A DNA stretch of 64,000 nucleotides, taken from the sequence record PP886229; one strand, given 5' to 3'. Below the pieces are notes generated by a model. It was not told the origin of the DNA and did no database searches. It worked only from the letters and a program-made list of their open reading frames with translations. The translations under genes were made by a program, and so were the position numbers. Shown one piece after another: positions 1-16,206 of the stretch (positions are counted from its first letter, which is position 1; each line of letters opens with the position of its first letter). This stretch comes from Escherichia phage vB_EcoM_E9.

Positions 1-401
1 TCCTCTGCACAGACACCAATAATGATGAAATTCTTATTGAGCAGTCTGTGCTAGAGTGGTTCTATCTAGAATCTGGAAAGGATGAAAAGAAAGCAGCCAT
101 CAAAGCTCTTAAATATTTACTCTTTCAAGTAGCCAAGATGGGAGATGAGAAGGTTGGTGGTGTTTATTTACGTAACTCTTCCAGATTCAAATCTCTGAAA
201 GCTGTTTATGACGACCTTGTTAAAAGCTCTGTTTCAGGACTACCCTATGCAGGTGGTATTAATCAGTGCGACATTGACATGCGTCGTCAAAATCCTTGCT
301 CTGTCAAGAAATACACAGAATATGGTGATGCTGCCAGATACGAAGGCAGAGATTACTGCAACCGTGTTAATGGCGTATTTATTATCGAGCGAGATGAATA
401 A
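1..401 (+). CDS. hypothetical virion-module protein, 5' end outside window
   Basis: Frame of the 48..401 ORF stays open back to position 3, so the gene begins upstream; first gene of the co-oriented morphogenesis block. Confidence 0.4.
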   Translation, partial: LCTDTNNDEILIEQSVLEWFYLESGKDEKKAAIKALKYLLFQVAKMGDEKVGGVYLRNSSRFKSLKAVYDDLVKSSVSGLPYAGGINQCDIDMRRQNPCSVKKYTEYGDAARYEGRDYCNRVNGVFIIERDE

Positions 402-883
402 TGGTTAAAAGGGTTATTCACCCCGCTAGAGCAAAATTAGTCGGGGCTATGAAGAACTTGCAAACGGCTAATGCTCAAGTTGGGTATTTTCAAGAACAAG
501 GTCAACATAGCTCTGGTTTTTCTTATCCTGCTTTAATGTATTTACAAGAAGTTATTGGGGTTCCTTCAGCTTCTGGTAAAGTATATCGTAGGTTGTTTGA
601 AATCACTATGATGCTAAACAGACAGACCTTGTTAGAGCAGACTAAGAAGAATCTATATAAGCAACTTAGCAGTCTCAACACAGACCCTTCAAATACCTTA
701 GAAGCATTTGCAAAGAATGCTCAGAAGGCAATTAAAAGAGGTTTTGGTAATTCTGCTATCCTCCCCCCTAACGCACCTTCCACAGTCAAGAAAAAAGGCT
801 TTAATGCACCTCTTGTTGAGACAGGTGACTTAAGGGAGAACCTTGCTTATAAAATTTCTACTAAGAAGGGTATTAAAAAATGA
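401..883 (+). CDS. hypothetical head-tail joining/neck module protein
   Basis: 160 aa ORF, start overlaps upstream stop (ATGA), position upstream of sheath/tube genes; no motif recognised. Confidence 0.35.
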   Translation: MVKRVIHPARAKLVGAMKNLQTANAQVGYFQEQGQHSSGFSYPALMYLQEVIGVPSASGKVYRRLFEITMMLNRQTLLEQTKKNLYKQLSSLNTDPSNTLEAFAKNAQKAIKRGFGNSAILPPNAPSTVKKKGFNAPLVETGDLRENLAYKISTKKGIKK

Positions 884-1281
884 GACTCTTAAACAGACAC
901 AGCTTTGTAGTAAAGCGTAAAGTCTCTGAAGACGGTTATTATAATGATGATGGTGATTGGGTAGCTTCACAAGATATTGTAGAGGTTAACTGTAAAGGTA
1001 ATATCCAGCCATACATCAAAGGTTCTGTAAAGAACGGTACACAGATTGCTTTACCAGAAGGTATTAGACTCACTGATACGAGAATCTTGTATACCACATA
1101 TAAACTTAGAACTTCAGATGATGTAGAGTGGAATGAGTCTGACATTGTTATGATTGATGGTCATGAGTATGAAGTATTTATGACTATGGATTGGTCACAA
1201 CAATTAGCCCATACGTCCCATTATGAATATATCATTATTAGAAGGGATAAAATGAATGCAGTTAGAAACAGCAGAACTTGA
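880..1281 (+). CDS. hypothetical neck/tail completion module protein
   Basis: 133 aa ORF translationally coupled to neighbours; function by position only. Confidence 0.35.
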   Translation: MRLLNRHSFVVKRKVSEDGYYNDDGDWVASQDIVEVNCKGNIQPYIKGSVKNGTQIALPEGIRLTDTRILYTTYKLRTSDDVEWNESDIVMIDGHEYEVFMTMDWSQQLAHTSHYEYIIIRRDKMNAVRNSRT

Positions 1282-1855
1282 AAAAGGTCTAGTTAGAACC
1301 TTAGTGGATGTTATTGGTCACAGACTAGCTCGTGATAAAAATAATAGACCAAATGTAATTAGAGCTTACCCTTCTGATAACTCAAATGACAAAGGTTTAA
1401 AACCTGACCAACCATTTATTACCGTATATTGTCAAGATGCTGCAACACCTTATGGTTGGGTTCTTGATAAGTTTGTTGAGGATGATGTAGTTTGCTACAG
1501 AATTGCTTTTCAGATTCCTGTACTGATTACGGTAAATGGTAAAGGTGCTCACAGTATTATGCTGGAGCTTAAACAACGATTAGAGATGAGTTCAGTCAGA
1601 GATTTAATTCTTGAAGAGACAGGAGCTACAGTTTTAGACACTGGAGCTATCCCAAATGACTATACTTATCTTAATACAGATTTCGAAAATTCTGCACCTC
1701 TTGTTGTAACTCTTGTAAAAAATTCAGTCCTGAAAGATGAACGTGGAGGTATTATTGAACGTGTCATCATTGATGGTGGATTAGTTTACGAAGAAGGACA
1801 AGAGCCACCAGAATATACTATCCATCTAGATGTAGACTCCAAAGGGGTAAAATAA
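1256..1855 (+). CDS. hypothetical tail completion/sheath-proximal protein
   Basis: 199 aa ORF immediately upstream of putative sheath gene. Confidence 0.35.
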   Translation: MQLETAELEKGLVRTLVDVIGHRLARDKNNRPNVIRAYPSDNSNDKGLKPDQPFITVYCQDAATPYGWVLDKFVEDDVVCYRIAFQIPVLITVNGKGAHSIMLELKQRLEMSSVRDLILEETGATVLDTGAIPNDYTYLNTDFENSAPLVVTLVKNSVLKDERGGIIERVIIDGGLVYEEGQEPPEYTIHLDVDSKGVK

Positions 1856-3208
1856 ATGTGGAATCCAATTGTTAATGTAGATATTACATTGAACACCGCA
1901 GGAACTACAAGAGAAGGTTTTGGGCTACCACTATTTTTAGCTTCAACAGATAACTTTGAAGAAAGAGTCCGTGGTTACACTTCCTTAACTGAAGTTGCTG
2001 AAGATTTCGATGAAAATTCTGCTGCATATAAGGCTGCTAAACAACTTTGGAGTCAGACTCCTAAAGTAACCCAGCTTTATATTGGTAGACGTGCTATGCA
2101 GTACACTGTATCAATTCCTGACTCTGTTACTGAAAGTACAGATTACTCTTTAACTGTAGCTGTGAGCGGTGGAATCTCTCAGCCATTCCAGTACACTTCA
2201 CAGGCATCAGATACCGCTGAGAAGGTGCTACAGCAGCTTAAAACACAGATTGAAGCAGAACCTTCTGTAAAAGACCTTGTTACTGTCAATGTAACTGGTG
2301 CTGGCGGTTCAGCAACAATGGTAATCACCAAAGCTGGCGACAATGACTTCGTGAAGGTTACTACTACAGCACAAACAGTGTCAATTGCAAGCACAACTGC
2401 TGACACAGCATCGACTGCTCTGGCAGCTATTGAAGCTTATTCAACTGACTGGTATTTCATTGCAGCAGAAGACAGAACTCAACAGTTTGTCTTAGCAATG
2501 GCTTCTGAGATTCAAGCTCGTAAGAAGATTTTCTTTACAGCTAACTCTGATGTAGCAGCACTGCAAGGTACAGAATTAGCCAGTGCAAATGACGTTCCAG
2601 CACAACTTGCTAAGAATAAGTACACTCGTACAGTTTGCTTGTGGCATCACACAGCAGCAGAAGATTATCCAGAAATGGCATACATCGCTTATGGTGCTCC
2701 ATATGATGCAGGTTCAATTGCTTGGGGTAACGCACAGTTAACTGGTGTAGCTGCTTCTCTACAGCCATCTAATCAGAGACCTCTGACAAGTATTCAGAAG
2801 TCAGCTTTAGATGCACGTCACTGTAACTTTATTGACCTTGATGGTGGTGTTCCAGTGGTTCGTAGAGGGATTACTTCTGGTGGGGAATGGATTGATATCA
2901 TCCGTGGTGTTGACTGGTTAGAATCAGACCTGAAAACTTCTCTGAGAGACTTGCTAATTAACCAGAAGGGTGGTAAGATTACTTATGATGATACTGGTAT
3001 TACCCGTATTCGTCAAGTCATTGAAACCTCTCTGCAAAGAGCAGTCAACAGAAACTTCCTGTCATCTTACACAGTTAATGTTCCTAAAGCCTCTCAAGTT
3101 GCTTTGGCAGACAAGAAAGCTCGCATCCTGAAAGATGTTACCTTCGCAGGTATCTTAGCAGGGGCTATCTTGGATGTTGACTTGAAAGGTACAGTGGCTT
3201 ACGAATAA
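1856..3208 (+). CDS. putative tail sheath protein
   Basis: 450 aa ORF followed by a 148 aa ORF, a strong terminator, a frameshift-capable chaperone pair and the tape measure gene (P2/Mu-like order sheath-tube-G/GT-TMP); assignment by synteny only. Confidence 0.5.
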   Translation: MWNPIVNVDITLNTAGTTREGFGLPLFLASTDNFEERVRGYTSLTEVAEDFDENSAAYKAAKQLWSQTPKVTQLYIGRRAMQYTVSIPDSVTESTDYSLTVAVSGGISQPFQYTSQASDTAEKVLQQLKTQIEAEPSVKDLVTVNVTGAGGSATMVITKAGDNDFVKVTTTAQTVSIASTTADTASTALAAIEAYSTDWYFIAAEDRTQQFVLAMASEIQARKKIFFTANSDVAALQGTELASANDVPAQLAKNKYTRTVCLWHHTAAEDYPEMAYIAYGAPYDAGSIAWGNAQLTGVAASLQPSNQRPLTSIQKSALDARHCNFIDLDGGVPVVRRGITSGGEWIDIIRGVDWLESDLKTSLRDLLINQKGGKITYDDTGITRIRQVIETSLQRAVNRNFLSSYTVNVPKASQVALADKKARILKDVTFAGILAGAILDVDLKGTVAYE

Positions 3209-3223
3209 TAGAGGTAAATTGGA

Positions 3224-3670
3224 ATGGCTATGTATCAGCAATATTCCCCTAAAGACGTTGTGTGTAGCTGGAATGGTATTGCCATTGAAGGCTTTGCCCC
3301 AGACTCATTCTTACGTCTACAGAGAACATCACCACTTGTGACACCAGTTGTAGGTGCAGGTGGTCAAGTTGCTCTGACAAGAAATGCAGACAAGACAGGT
3401 ACTATTGAGATTGAGTTAATGCAGACTTCTCTCTCTAATCAGATGCTTTCTGCAATTCAAGCTAAACAAGACAATATGGAACTTGAAGAAGATATCTCTT
3501 CTAACTTCGTAATCTACGACCCATCAGGCTCTGTTCTGGCAACCGGTATTAATGCTTGGTTGCAGGAATTACCACAGATTGAACTTGGTCGTGACCAGAA
3601 CTCTAAAACTTGGATTTTTGGTTGTGAGAAGCTAGACTACACTTCTACAATTCCAGCGTCAAGTGTTTAA
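3224..3670 (+). CDS. putative tail tube protein
   Basis: 148 aa ORF between putative sheath and chaperone genes, followed by a strong rho-independent terminator. Confidence 0.5.
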   Translation: MAMYQQYSPKDVVCSWNGIAIEGFAPDSFLRLQRTSPLVTPVVGAGGQVALTRNADKTGTIEIELMQTSLSNQMLSAIQAKQDNMELEEDISSNFVIYDPSGSVLATGINAWLQELPQIELGRDQNSKTWIFGCEKLDYTSTIPASSV

Positions 3671-3682
3671 TAAATCCTATAA

Positions 3683-3716
3683 GGGGGAGACTTTAAAAGG
3701 TCTTCCCCTTTTTTGT
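3683..3716 (+). terminator. rho-independent terminator after tube gene
   Basis: GGGGGAGAC-tttaaaag-GTCTTCCCC stem-loop followed by TTTTTTG. Confidence 0.6.
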
Positions 3717-3743
3717 TTCTTTTAAAAGTATTAAGGAATCACA

Positions 3744-4142
3744 ATGAAAACAGAATCTAGAGTAATTAATGGTAAGAAAGTAAATATCGTTCTGCTTGGG
3801 GCAAGAGATGGTATTAAGATGTCTATGAAGTTGGGTAAAATTGTTGTTCCAACATTTGCACAGATGCTGTCAAGCCTGACTGATAAAGATAAGAAAGAAG
3901 CTCCGATGGTTCCGTTTAAAGAACTTGTTGAAGCTTGTTTTGACAGAATTGAAGAAATTAACCTTGAAGAAATGGCTACCCTGTTATTTCAAGGGGCAAC
4001 TGTTGATGACTTCCCACTTAATATTGATACATACTTCCAAGCAAACTATGGTGAATTTATTGATTACTTAGCATTTGCGCTGGAGGCAAACTTCGGAAGT
4101 TTTTTCGAAGCAAGCATTTTCAAAAGCCTAACTTCTCAGTAA
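3744..4142 (+). CDS. tail assembly chaperone (gpG-like, short form)
   Basis: 132 aa ORF directly upstream of tape measure gene; -1 frame open over its 3' end and continuous with the next ORF. Confidence 0.5.
   Translation: MKTESRVINGKKVNIVLLGARDGIKMSMKLGKIVVPTFAQMLSSLTDKDKKEAPMVPFKELVEACFDRIEEINLEEMATLLFQGATVDDFPLNIDTYFQANYGEFIDYLAFALEANFGSFFEASIFKSLTSQ
4099..4106 (+). other. candidate -1 programmed frameshift slippery site (T TTT TTC)
   Basis: Heptamer TTTTTTC in zero frame (..agt ttt ttc..) about 40 nt before the stop of 3744..4142; -1 frame open from about 4068 to 4384. Confidence 0.4.
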
Positions 4143-4144
4143 AC

Positions 4145-4383
4145 ATGGGTAATACTCTACAGACACCACTGACTGATGCTGCTGTAGAGGCAACCTATGA
4201 AGAAGCAGACGAGATGAAATTTGTGCTTGCTATTTATGGTATGGAAGGGTGTAAAGAAACACTTGACCAACTCTTTGCTATGACATTCTCTGATTTATTA
4301 TCATTGAGACAATTTCTTGAAATTCAGAGGTCGTATAAAGAGGAAATTGCTTACAACGAACTTAGAAGAGCAGGAAAAATGTA

Positions 4384-4384
<1 letters not shown>
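4145..4384 (+). CDS. tail assembly chaperone frameshift extension (gpGT-like C-terminal part)
   Basis: 79 aa ORF in -1 frame relative to 3744..4142; its stop overlaps the tape measure ATG (TAATG). Confidence 0.45.
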
Positions 4385-9768
<5,384 letters not shown>

Positions 9769-9769
<1 letters not shown>

Positions 9770-11238
9770 TGGCAGGACTAACTACAACAGGATTACAAAC
9801 TCTAAGATATCAGGAGATTTTTGATAATATCAAATCAAGACTTCTTAGAGATATTTCACCAAACCTTGACGTTTCTGAAGATAGTCAATTAGGACTCTTC
9901 CTAGCTTCAATTGCAAGGTCTTTAGCAGATACTCATGAGATTCTATCAGAAGTCTACGATGGGGGTACAATTGATAAGGCTGAAGGCTTTAACCTTGATG
10001 ATATTACAGCTTTAAATGCGGTATACAGATATGTTGCTCAGGCAACAAGAGGTCAAGTTGAGTTTACTGGAACGACTGGTGCTACCATTCCTTCAACAAC
10101 AAGATTAAGAAGTACTGCCGGAAACATCTTTTATCCAGTTAATAATATTACCCTTACTCCATCATATTGTGTTGAAGCTGTCCTTGAAGTTAACTCTTTA
10201 CGAACTGATGCAGATTATGTTATTATTATTGATAACGTCATTTTCTCATATAAACCAACCTCATCAGACACAATCACCACACTTCTAACAAAATTAGCAG
10301 AAGCTATTAATGGTGGTATTGTAGCAAAAGCAGAAGTTATTAATGATGGAGCCGCACTAAGAGTCTATAAAGACGAGGGTGATATCATTGCAAGAACAAA
10401 CCCTATGGTTGTCACTGCAACAACATTTCTGACCTTTACAAAAATTACAACTATTTCAGATGTAGTAGCTGAAGAGGTTGGTGCTACCCCTGCTTTGGCT
10501 GGTACGCTTATTGAGATTGAGACAACTGTTGATGGTCTTGACAGTATTTATAACAGGTATGACTTAACAACTGGTAGAAACGAAGAAACTGACACAGAAC
10601 TTAGACAGAGATATTTAGAGTCTTTAGCAGTTACTGGTGTAGGGACTTTGGATGCAATTGTAGCTGCTGTTAAAAGAGTTCAAGGTGTCTCAGATGCTTC
10701 AGGTGTTGAGAATGATACTGAAGAGACAAGCTCAGAAGGTCTTCCACCAAAATCTTTTAAGATTGTTGTAGTTGGTGGTCAAAATGATAATGTTGCTCAA
10801 GCAATCTGGGATACAAAACCTGCTGGTATTAGGGCTTATGGCTCAATTTTTGGTACAGCCCATGATTTAGGTGGTTTGGCACATAATATTTATTTTAGCA
10901 GACCAACACCAAAATACGCATTTGTTAAAGTCTCTTACTCTTTATATGATGAAGAAAGCTTGACAATCCCTGAAGAGGATATCAGAGACAGCATTGTACA
11001 AGGTATTAATGCCTACGGAAGAACTCTTAAGGTTGGTAATGATGTTATCCCTAACAGAATCTATGGACATATCTATGACGTAATTAAAGGTATTGAGATT
11101 AATGAAGTTAAAGTAGCATTATCAAATAGCCAATCAGTTCCACCTAGTGACGGGCAGTATACTACAGCAAGAATTACTGTTGACGGTGACCAATATACTG
11201 TTTGGGAAAGCAGTCAGTATACCATCACTAAGGAGTAA
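9769..11238 (+). CDS. putative baseplate J-like protein
   Basis: 489 aa ORF in the W-J-I-fibre positional series. Confidence 0.35.
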
Positions 11239-11240
11239 TA

Positions 11241-12095
11241 ATGTTTGAAAAGATTGATAGTGTTTATTACAAAACACTTGATGAAAGGACTGTAACACAG
11301 TTTAAAGATAAATTTATCTATACAAGTATCTTGAAAGCAATCACTGATGAGTTACAAACTCTAGAGGATGTTTGCTGGCAGATGCACACAGAGAGAAATA
11401 TCAGGACGTCAGTAGGCCAACAACTGGATAATATTGGCTCACTGATTAAAGTTCCTAGACCTTTAGGTGCAGATGATGAAACATATAGAGCTATGCTTTA
11501 TATCCAAATCTTCCTAAGACGCTCTGACACCACCCCAACATTCTTGCAAAAAGCAATTATGACACTATATGGTGCAACTTTCTCTCAGATTTTTGAGCAT
11601 ATTACTCCTAAGACTGGTGGTATCGTTATCCGTATCAACACTAGGAAAAGCGTTCTAGATGCTGCATATACACTGTCAAAGATTTCTGCAACAACTACTG
11701 GCTCCGCTGTTATCTTAAGAGATGTTACTTTAAAAGGAACTGCTTGGACTCCTGTAGAGGTTGCTGATTCATCACTTGCTATTGTTGATGATAAAGAGAA
11801 CTGGTTTGTAACTGACGCTAACAGAGGTCTTGTCACAAATAACACTGGTGGCTCTCTGGAGTCCAACCTAGTAGGGAGCCTTGCAGATGCTGGTGTTATT
11901 GATGGTTACTTTAAGGTTGACAGAACAGCAAACTCACAGAGTGATGATTATATGACTGTAGATAGGTCTAATAACAGTGGATATTTCATCGTTGGTAAAG
12001 AAGCTATCGCAGGTGGTGCATACGGAATCATGGCTGAGGTTGCACAAATTGTCAAAGGCAGAAAAGATAAATCACAACAAGAAGGAAATTCTTAA
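11241..12095 (+). CDS. putative baseplate/tail fibre attachment protein
   Basis: 284 aa ORF between J-like gene and tail fibre genes. Confidence 0.3.
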   Translation: MFEKIDSVYYKTLDERTVTQFKDKFIYTSILKAITDELQTLEDVCWQMHTERNIRTSVGQQLDNIGSLIKVPRPLGADDETYRAMLYIQIFLRRSDTTPTFLQKAIMTLYGATFSQIFEHITPKTGGIVIRINTRKSVLDAAYTLSKISATTTGSAVILRDVTLKGTAWTPVEVADSSLAIVDDKENWFVTDANRGLVTNNTGGSLESNLVGSLADAGVIDGYFKVDRTANSQSDDYMTVDRSNNSGYFIVGKEAIAGGAYGIMAEVAQIVKGRKDKSQQEGNS

Positions 12096-12397
12096 TGGCA
12101 GTTTTAAATTGGTCTACAAATGAAGTAGATACTGATGGTAACCAGTTAAAAGTTTTACCACCACCGGAAGTTCAAGAGACAGGTCTTTTAAAGGGTGAGC
12201 CTATGGGTAGACAGTGGTTCAACTATATTATCAACTACCTGCTTAATAAAGTAAACGGCACTGTTGGTGAAGTTCGCTCATATGCAACTGAGCAACCAGA
12301 TTTAGTGGCTAATGGCTGGAATCTGATTAAGTCTGAGACAGGGACTGCATCAACAAGTACAAGAAACCTTTACACATATGAATATGTAGGAGCTTAA
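12095..12397 (+). CDS. hypothetical tail protein
   Basis: 100 aa ORF, coupled to neighbours. Confidence 0.3.
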   Translation: MAVLNWSTNEVDTDGNQLKVLPPPEVQETGLLKGEPMGRQWFNYIINYLLNKVNGTVGEVRSYATEQPDLVANGWNLIKSETGTASTSTRNLYTYEYVGA

Positions 12398-12399
12398 TA

Positions 12400-13575
12400 A
12401 TGGCAGTAGGTGAAATTCAAATCAGTGCCTTGCCACAAGCGGCCTTACCAGTTGATTTAAGTGATATCTTCCATCTTAAGCAAGGTGTTGAGGATAAAAG
12501 ATGTACGCTTGAACAGTTGTTAGCACCTCACGCATCTCTGAGGAATAACCCTCATGGTGTAACCAAATCACAAGTGGGTCTTGATAATGTTATTAACTCT
12601 CTTCAATTAGTTGCAGCTAATAACTTATCAGATATTGTGAATGTTGCTGAGGCAAGAGCAAATCTACAAATTATGTCGTCAGAGGAAGTGAATAACTTAA
12701 TTCAGCAACATATTGACGATAAAAGTAACCCACACAATACAACGAAAGCACAAGTTGGATTAAGTAATGTTCAGAACTGGACAACATCTAATCTGTACAA
12801 TGAAGATGCTGATAAGTATGCTACCGCGAAAGCAGTTAATAATTTATACAAAGCTATCCAAGCGTCATATCCAGTAGGGACTATTCATCTATCTGTTAAC
12901 TCTGCTAACCCATCCACTTACTTGCTTTGTGGAGGTACTTGGGAGTTAGTTTCTAAAGGTAGAGCACTAGTTGGTTATGATACAGATTCTAGACCTGTTG
13001 GTTCAACGTTTGGTTCTCAGACTGTAGCATTAACAAATAATAATTTACCAGCACATACCCACTCTATCTATCTAACAGGTGGTGGTCATACACACTCTGC
13101 AAGTGTATCTATCTCTAGTTTTGATTATGGTTCAAAAAGTACATCAACTTTTGATTACGGTACAAAAACGACTAATAGTGCTGGTGCTCACACTCACACG
13201 TTTAGTGGCACAACAAGTAATGCTGGTAACCACAACCATAGAGTCCCTATGAGGGGTAATGATAGGGGTGGCACAAACGCTATTACTGCATCTGCTGATG
13301 CTGGTGTTGGTAATGCTATGTATACTGATTTAGCTGGTGCTCACACCCATAGCTTCTCAGGTACAACTGCATCATCTGGTGCTCATAGCCATACTGTCGC
13401 AATTGGTGCTCACAGCCACACTGTTAATATTGGTTCGCACAGTCATACAGGAACTGTTACTGTTTCTAGCTCTGAGCATACACACTCAGGGACATCTGGT
13501 TCTGTTGGTGGTGGTCAAGCTTTCAGTGTTGAGCAGCCATCTTTTGTAGTGTATGTGTGGCAGAGAACAGCTTAA
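12400..13575 (+). CDS. tail fibre protein with His-x-His repeat tip
   Basis: 391 aa; repeated NPH..TK.QVGL.NV.N motifs N-terminally and many H-x-H motifs C-terminally (AHTHS, GHTHSAS, GAHTHTFSGTT, GNHNHRV, GAHSHTV x2, GSHSHTG), as in T4 gp37/gp12-type fibre tips. Confidence 0.65.
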   Translation: MAVGEIQISALPQAALPVDLSDIFHLKQGVEDKRCTLEQLLAPHASLRNNPHGVTKSQVGLDNVINSLQLVAANNLSDIVNVAEARANLQIMSSEEVNNLIQQHIDDKSNPHNTTKAQVGLSNVQNWTTSNLYNEDADKYATAKAVNNLYKAIQASYPVGTIHLSVNSANPSTYLLCGGTWELVSKGRALVGYDTDSRPVGSTFGSQTVALTNNNLPAHTHSIYLTGGGHTHSASVSISSFDYGSKSTSTFDYGTKTTNSAGAHTHTFSGTTSNAGNHNHRVPMRGNDRGGTNAITASADAGVGNAMYTDLAGAHTHSFSGTTASSGAHSHTVAIGAHSHTVNIGSHSHTGTVTVSSSEHTHSGTSGSVGGGQAFSVEQPSFVVYVWQRTA

Positions 13576-13585
13576 TTTCTTTACA

Positions 13586-13606
13586 GGGGCTATAAAGCCC
13601 CTTTTA
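13586..13606 (+). terminator. hairpin attenuator between the two tail fibre genes
   Basis: GGGGC-tataaa-GCCCC followed by TTTT, then RBS and ATG of the next fibre gene. Confidence 0.4.
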
Positions 13607-13621
13607 AGAGGAAAATTTATA

Positions 13622-16171
13622 ATGGCAGATTACAAATTGAGTCAATTAAACTCAATCGACACAATTCGTTCAGAAGACCTATTGCACATCAGAGTTAAGA
13701 AAAGACCTGAAATGTTGGGTGACGAAGACCGTAGAATGACCTATCAAGACTTCTTAGCTTCTTTCAAACTTGAAAGATTTGTTCAGATTGCTGGTAGTAC
13801 TATGACAGGTGACTTAGGTATTGTTAAGTTACTTTATGGTGGTAAGGCAGTATTTGACCCAACAGGCTCTTCTGAGGTTACTATTGGGGATGTTTTAAAG
13901 ACTTTTAAAATTAACGCAAATGGTCTTAAACTAGCTATTGCAGATGCTTCAAGGTCAGCAACTGTTTATCATACTCTGAATAAACCAAGTCCTAATGAGC
14001 TTGGGATGAGAACTAATGAAGAGAATGATGAAAGATATGCAAGGCTTGCTATCACAAATAACTTCAGCATTAGGCAAGCAATCGTAACTGATGGTGAGCA
14101 GTTAACTCTTAAGAAGGCAACCAATGCAGGTGCTTCATATATTCAAGGTAGAGATGCTAATAACCAGCAAACTTGGTATGTTGGACAGGGAAATGCAAAC
14201 AGCAATAATGTTTATTTGTACAATCATACTACTGGTGCAATGTTAACCCTTGATGCAACAGCAGCATTTAATAAGTCACTTAGAATTGCTGGTCAAGTTC
14301 AACCTTCGGATTTCTCTAACTTAGATGCCAGATACTTTACTCAGACAGTTGCTAATCAGAGATTTGCACAGTTAGCTGGTAATAACACTTTTACAGGTGC
14401 TAATACATTTAGGACTATGAGTATTATCTCAAATGCTGCTGCTATCACACTACAATGTGCATCAGCAAACGAATCCCTGTATCTACTTGCAAAAGATTAT
14501 CAAGGTGGTAACTTATGGTATGTTGGTAAAGGTAGCTCAGGTGATGGTGTAACTATCTACAACTATACCACTAACACCTCTTTGGTCTTAGATGCTGCTG
14601 GAGTATCAGCAAATAAAAATGTCAGAATCACTGGACAAGTTCAACCTTCAGATTGGGCTAACATTGACTCTAGATATATTCCGGCAGCAACATTAAGTAC
14701 AATTGCAAGAACTAATGCAAGGAATACTTTTAATGGTGTACAGACAGTTGTTACGGATAATGAAGGTCTGATTGTTAAAAACTCTACTCAGAATAGACCA
14801 TTATATATTCGTGGTGTGGACACTACTAATGTATCAAGATGGTGGATTGGTGTTGGTGGTGCTGATACGAATGATGTTACCCTAAATAACAGTTATTCTG
14901 GAACCCAATTGGTTCTCGGGAATACAACATCATACATTAACAAAACATTGACTATTGCTGGACAAGTTCAACCTTCAGATTTCTCTAACTTAGATGCTAG
15001 ATACTTTACGCAAAGTGCTAGTGATAGCAGATACCTAAGAATCAGAAGCACTAGCTTCAATGTGGGAAACACTGATAAGTGGGCTAAAATTGCCACTGTT
15101 GTTATGCCACAATCAGCATCCACTGCTGTTATTGAGGTATTTGGTGGGTCAGGTTTTAATATTAATACACCAAACCAAGCAGGTAAATGTGAAATTGTTC
15201 TGCGAACTTCAAATAACAACCCAAAGGGCTTAAATGTTGTTGCTTGGAGAACATCAGATAACACCATTGTCAGGGATATTGGTTATGTGAATACTTCTGG
15301 AGACACCTATGATATTTACTATCTTGCTGGTACGTATCAAAACGGCACAACGACAAGGGTTCAGTCTTCTAGTAATGCAAGTGTACAGTTGTTTGAAGTC
15401 CCACAGACATTTGATGATGCTCCACAAGGTATTGTGAAGGGTACAATTGCAAAATACTACACAAGTTTGCAAAAACCAACCCCTTCAGATATTGGTGCAT
15501 ACACTAAAGCAGAGACTGACCAGAAAATTGCAGATGCAATTAGTGACTCTACAGACCTGAATAAAATCTACCCAGTAGGTATTGTAACGTGGTTTAACAG
15601 CAATGTTAACCCTAATACAGCACTTCCTGGGTTAACTTGGACGTACCTGAACAATGGTGTGGGTAGAACTATTAGAATTGCAGCAGCAAATGGTTCAGAT
15701 GTTGCTACAACTGGTGGTTCAGACTCTGTAACGTTATCTGTTGGTAACTTACCTTCACACACGCATAGCTTCTCTGCTACCACTTCATCATTTGATTATG
15801 GTACTAAGACTTCTAGCACAACTGGTAACCATAACCACAACAGGGGGACTATGGAGATTACTGGTACAGTAGGTTACTTCAGAAGTGATTCTAGCAGCTT
15901 CTACACAGCAAGTGGTGCATTCACACTTGGTAGTTCAACTGCTTCTAAAGGTTTTACTGGTTCTAACTTCACTTATGGTATCCCTGCTAACTTCAATGCG
16001 TCAAGAACTTGGTCTGGTGTAACGAATACAACAGGTAACCACAGCCACACTGTTGGTATTGGTGCTCACAGCCACACAGTTAGCGGTAACACAGGTGGTA
16101 CTGGTTCTGGTTCAGCATTTAGTGTTACTAACCAGTTCTACAAGTTAATGGCTTGGGTAAGAACTGCTTAA
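13622..16171 (+). CDS. large tail fibre protein
   Basis: Start moved to ATG at 13622 (after hairpin, with RBS); internal triplicated segment (..IAGQVQPSDFSNLDARYFTQ.. x2, ..ITGQVQPSDWANIDSRYIP..); C-terminal H-x-H motifs and tail AFSVTNQFYKLMAWVRTA resembling the upstream fibre's AFSVEQPSFVVYVWQRTA. Confidence 0.65.
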   Translation: MADYKLSQLNSIDTIRSEDLLHIRVKKRPEMLGDEDRRMTYQDFLASFKLERFVQIAGSTMTGDLGIVKLLYGGKAVFDPTGSSEVTIGDVLKTFKINANGLKLAIADASRSATVYHTLNKPSPNELGMRTNEENDERYARLAITNNFSIRQAIVTDGEQLTLKKATNAGASYIQGRDANNQQTWYVGQGNANSNNVYLYNHTTGAMLTLDATAAFNKSLRIAGQVQPSDFSNLDARYFTQTVANQRFAQLAGNNTFTGANTFRTMSIISNAAAITLQCASANESLYLLAKDYQGGNLWYVGKGSSGDGVTIYNYTTNTSLVLDAAGVSANKNVRITGQVQPSDWANIDSRYIPAATLSTIARTNARNTFNGVQTVVTDNEGLIVKNSTQNRPLYIRGVDTTNVSRWWIGVGGADTNDVTLNNSYSGTQLVLGNTTSYINKTLTIAGQVQPSDFSNLDARYFTQSASDSRYLRIRSTSFNVGNTDKWAKIATVVMPQSASTAVIEVFGGSGFNINTPNQAGKCEIVLRTSNNNPKGLNVVAWRTSDNTIVRDIGYVNTSGDTYDIYYLAGTYQNGTTTRVQSSSNASVQLFEVPQTFDDAPQGIVKGTIAKYYTSLQKPTPSDIGAYTKAETDQKIADAISDSTDLNKIYPVGIVTWFNSNVNPNTALPGLTWTYLNNGVGRTIRIAAANGSDVATTGGSDSVTLSVGNLPSHTHSFSATTSSFDYGTKTSSTTGNHNHNRGTMEITGTVGYFRSDSSSFYTASGAFTLGSSTASKGFTGSNFTYGIPANFNASRTWSGVTNTTGNHSHTVGIGAHSHTVSGNTGGTGSGSAFSVTNQFYKLMAWVRTA

Positions 16172-16177
16172 TCACTT

Positions 16178-16206
16178 GTTGACTGATTGTTAAGATGGTG
16201 TTAATA
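16178..16206 (+). promoter_or_regulatory. sigma70-like promoter (TTGACT-N17-TAATAT)
   Basis: Hexamers with 17 nt spacer about 45 nt upstream of ORF 16251. Confidence 0.35.

Noticed and set aside
939-1145. Minus-strand ORF (68 aa) inside the + strand structural gene 880..1281
   Set aside because: Antisense shadow ORF fully embedded in a longer co-oriented gene block, no RBS. The same reasoning applies to 2179..2406, 5685..5876, 6336..6563, 7300..7593, 8383..8577, 11585..11866, 14968..15783, 26134..27024 (+ within polymerase), 28233..28415, 29347..29547, 30831..31712, 32370..33098, 35718..35918, 37744..37926, 38981..39193, 45537..46401, 47033..48267, 49394..49576, 51516..52572, 53177..53992 and 57585..58248.
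13337-13549. 70 aa + strand ORF inside the tail fibre gene (alternative frame)
   Set aside because: Low-complexity translation of the H-x-H repeat region in another frame; no start signals.
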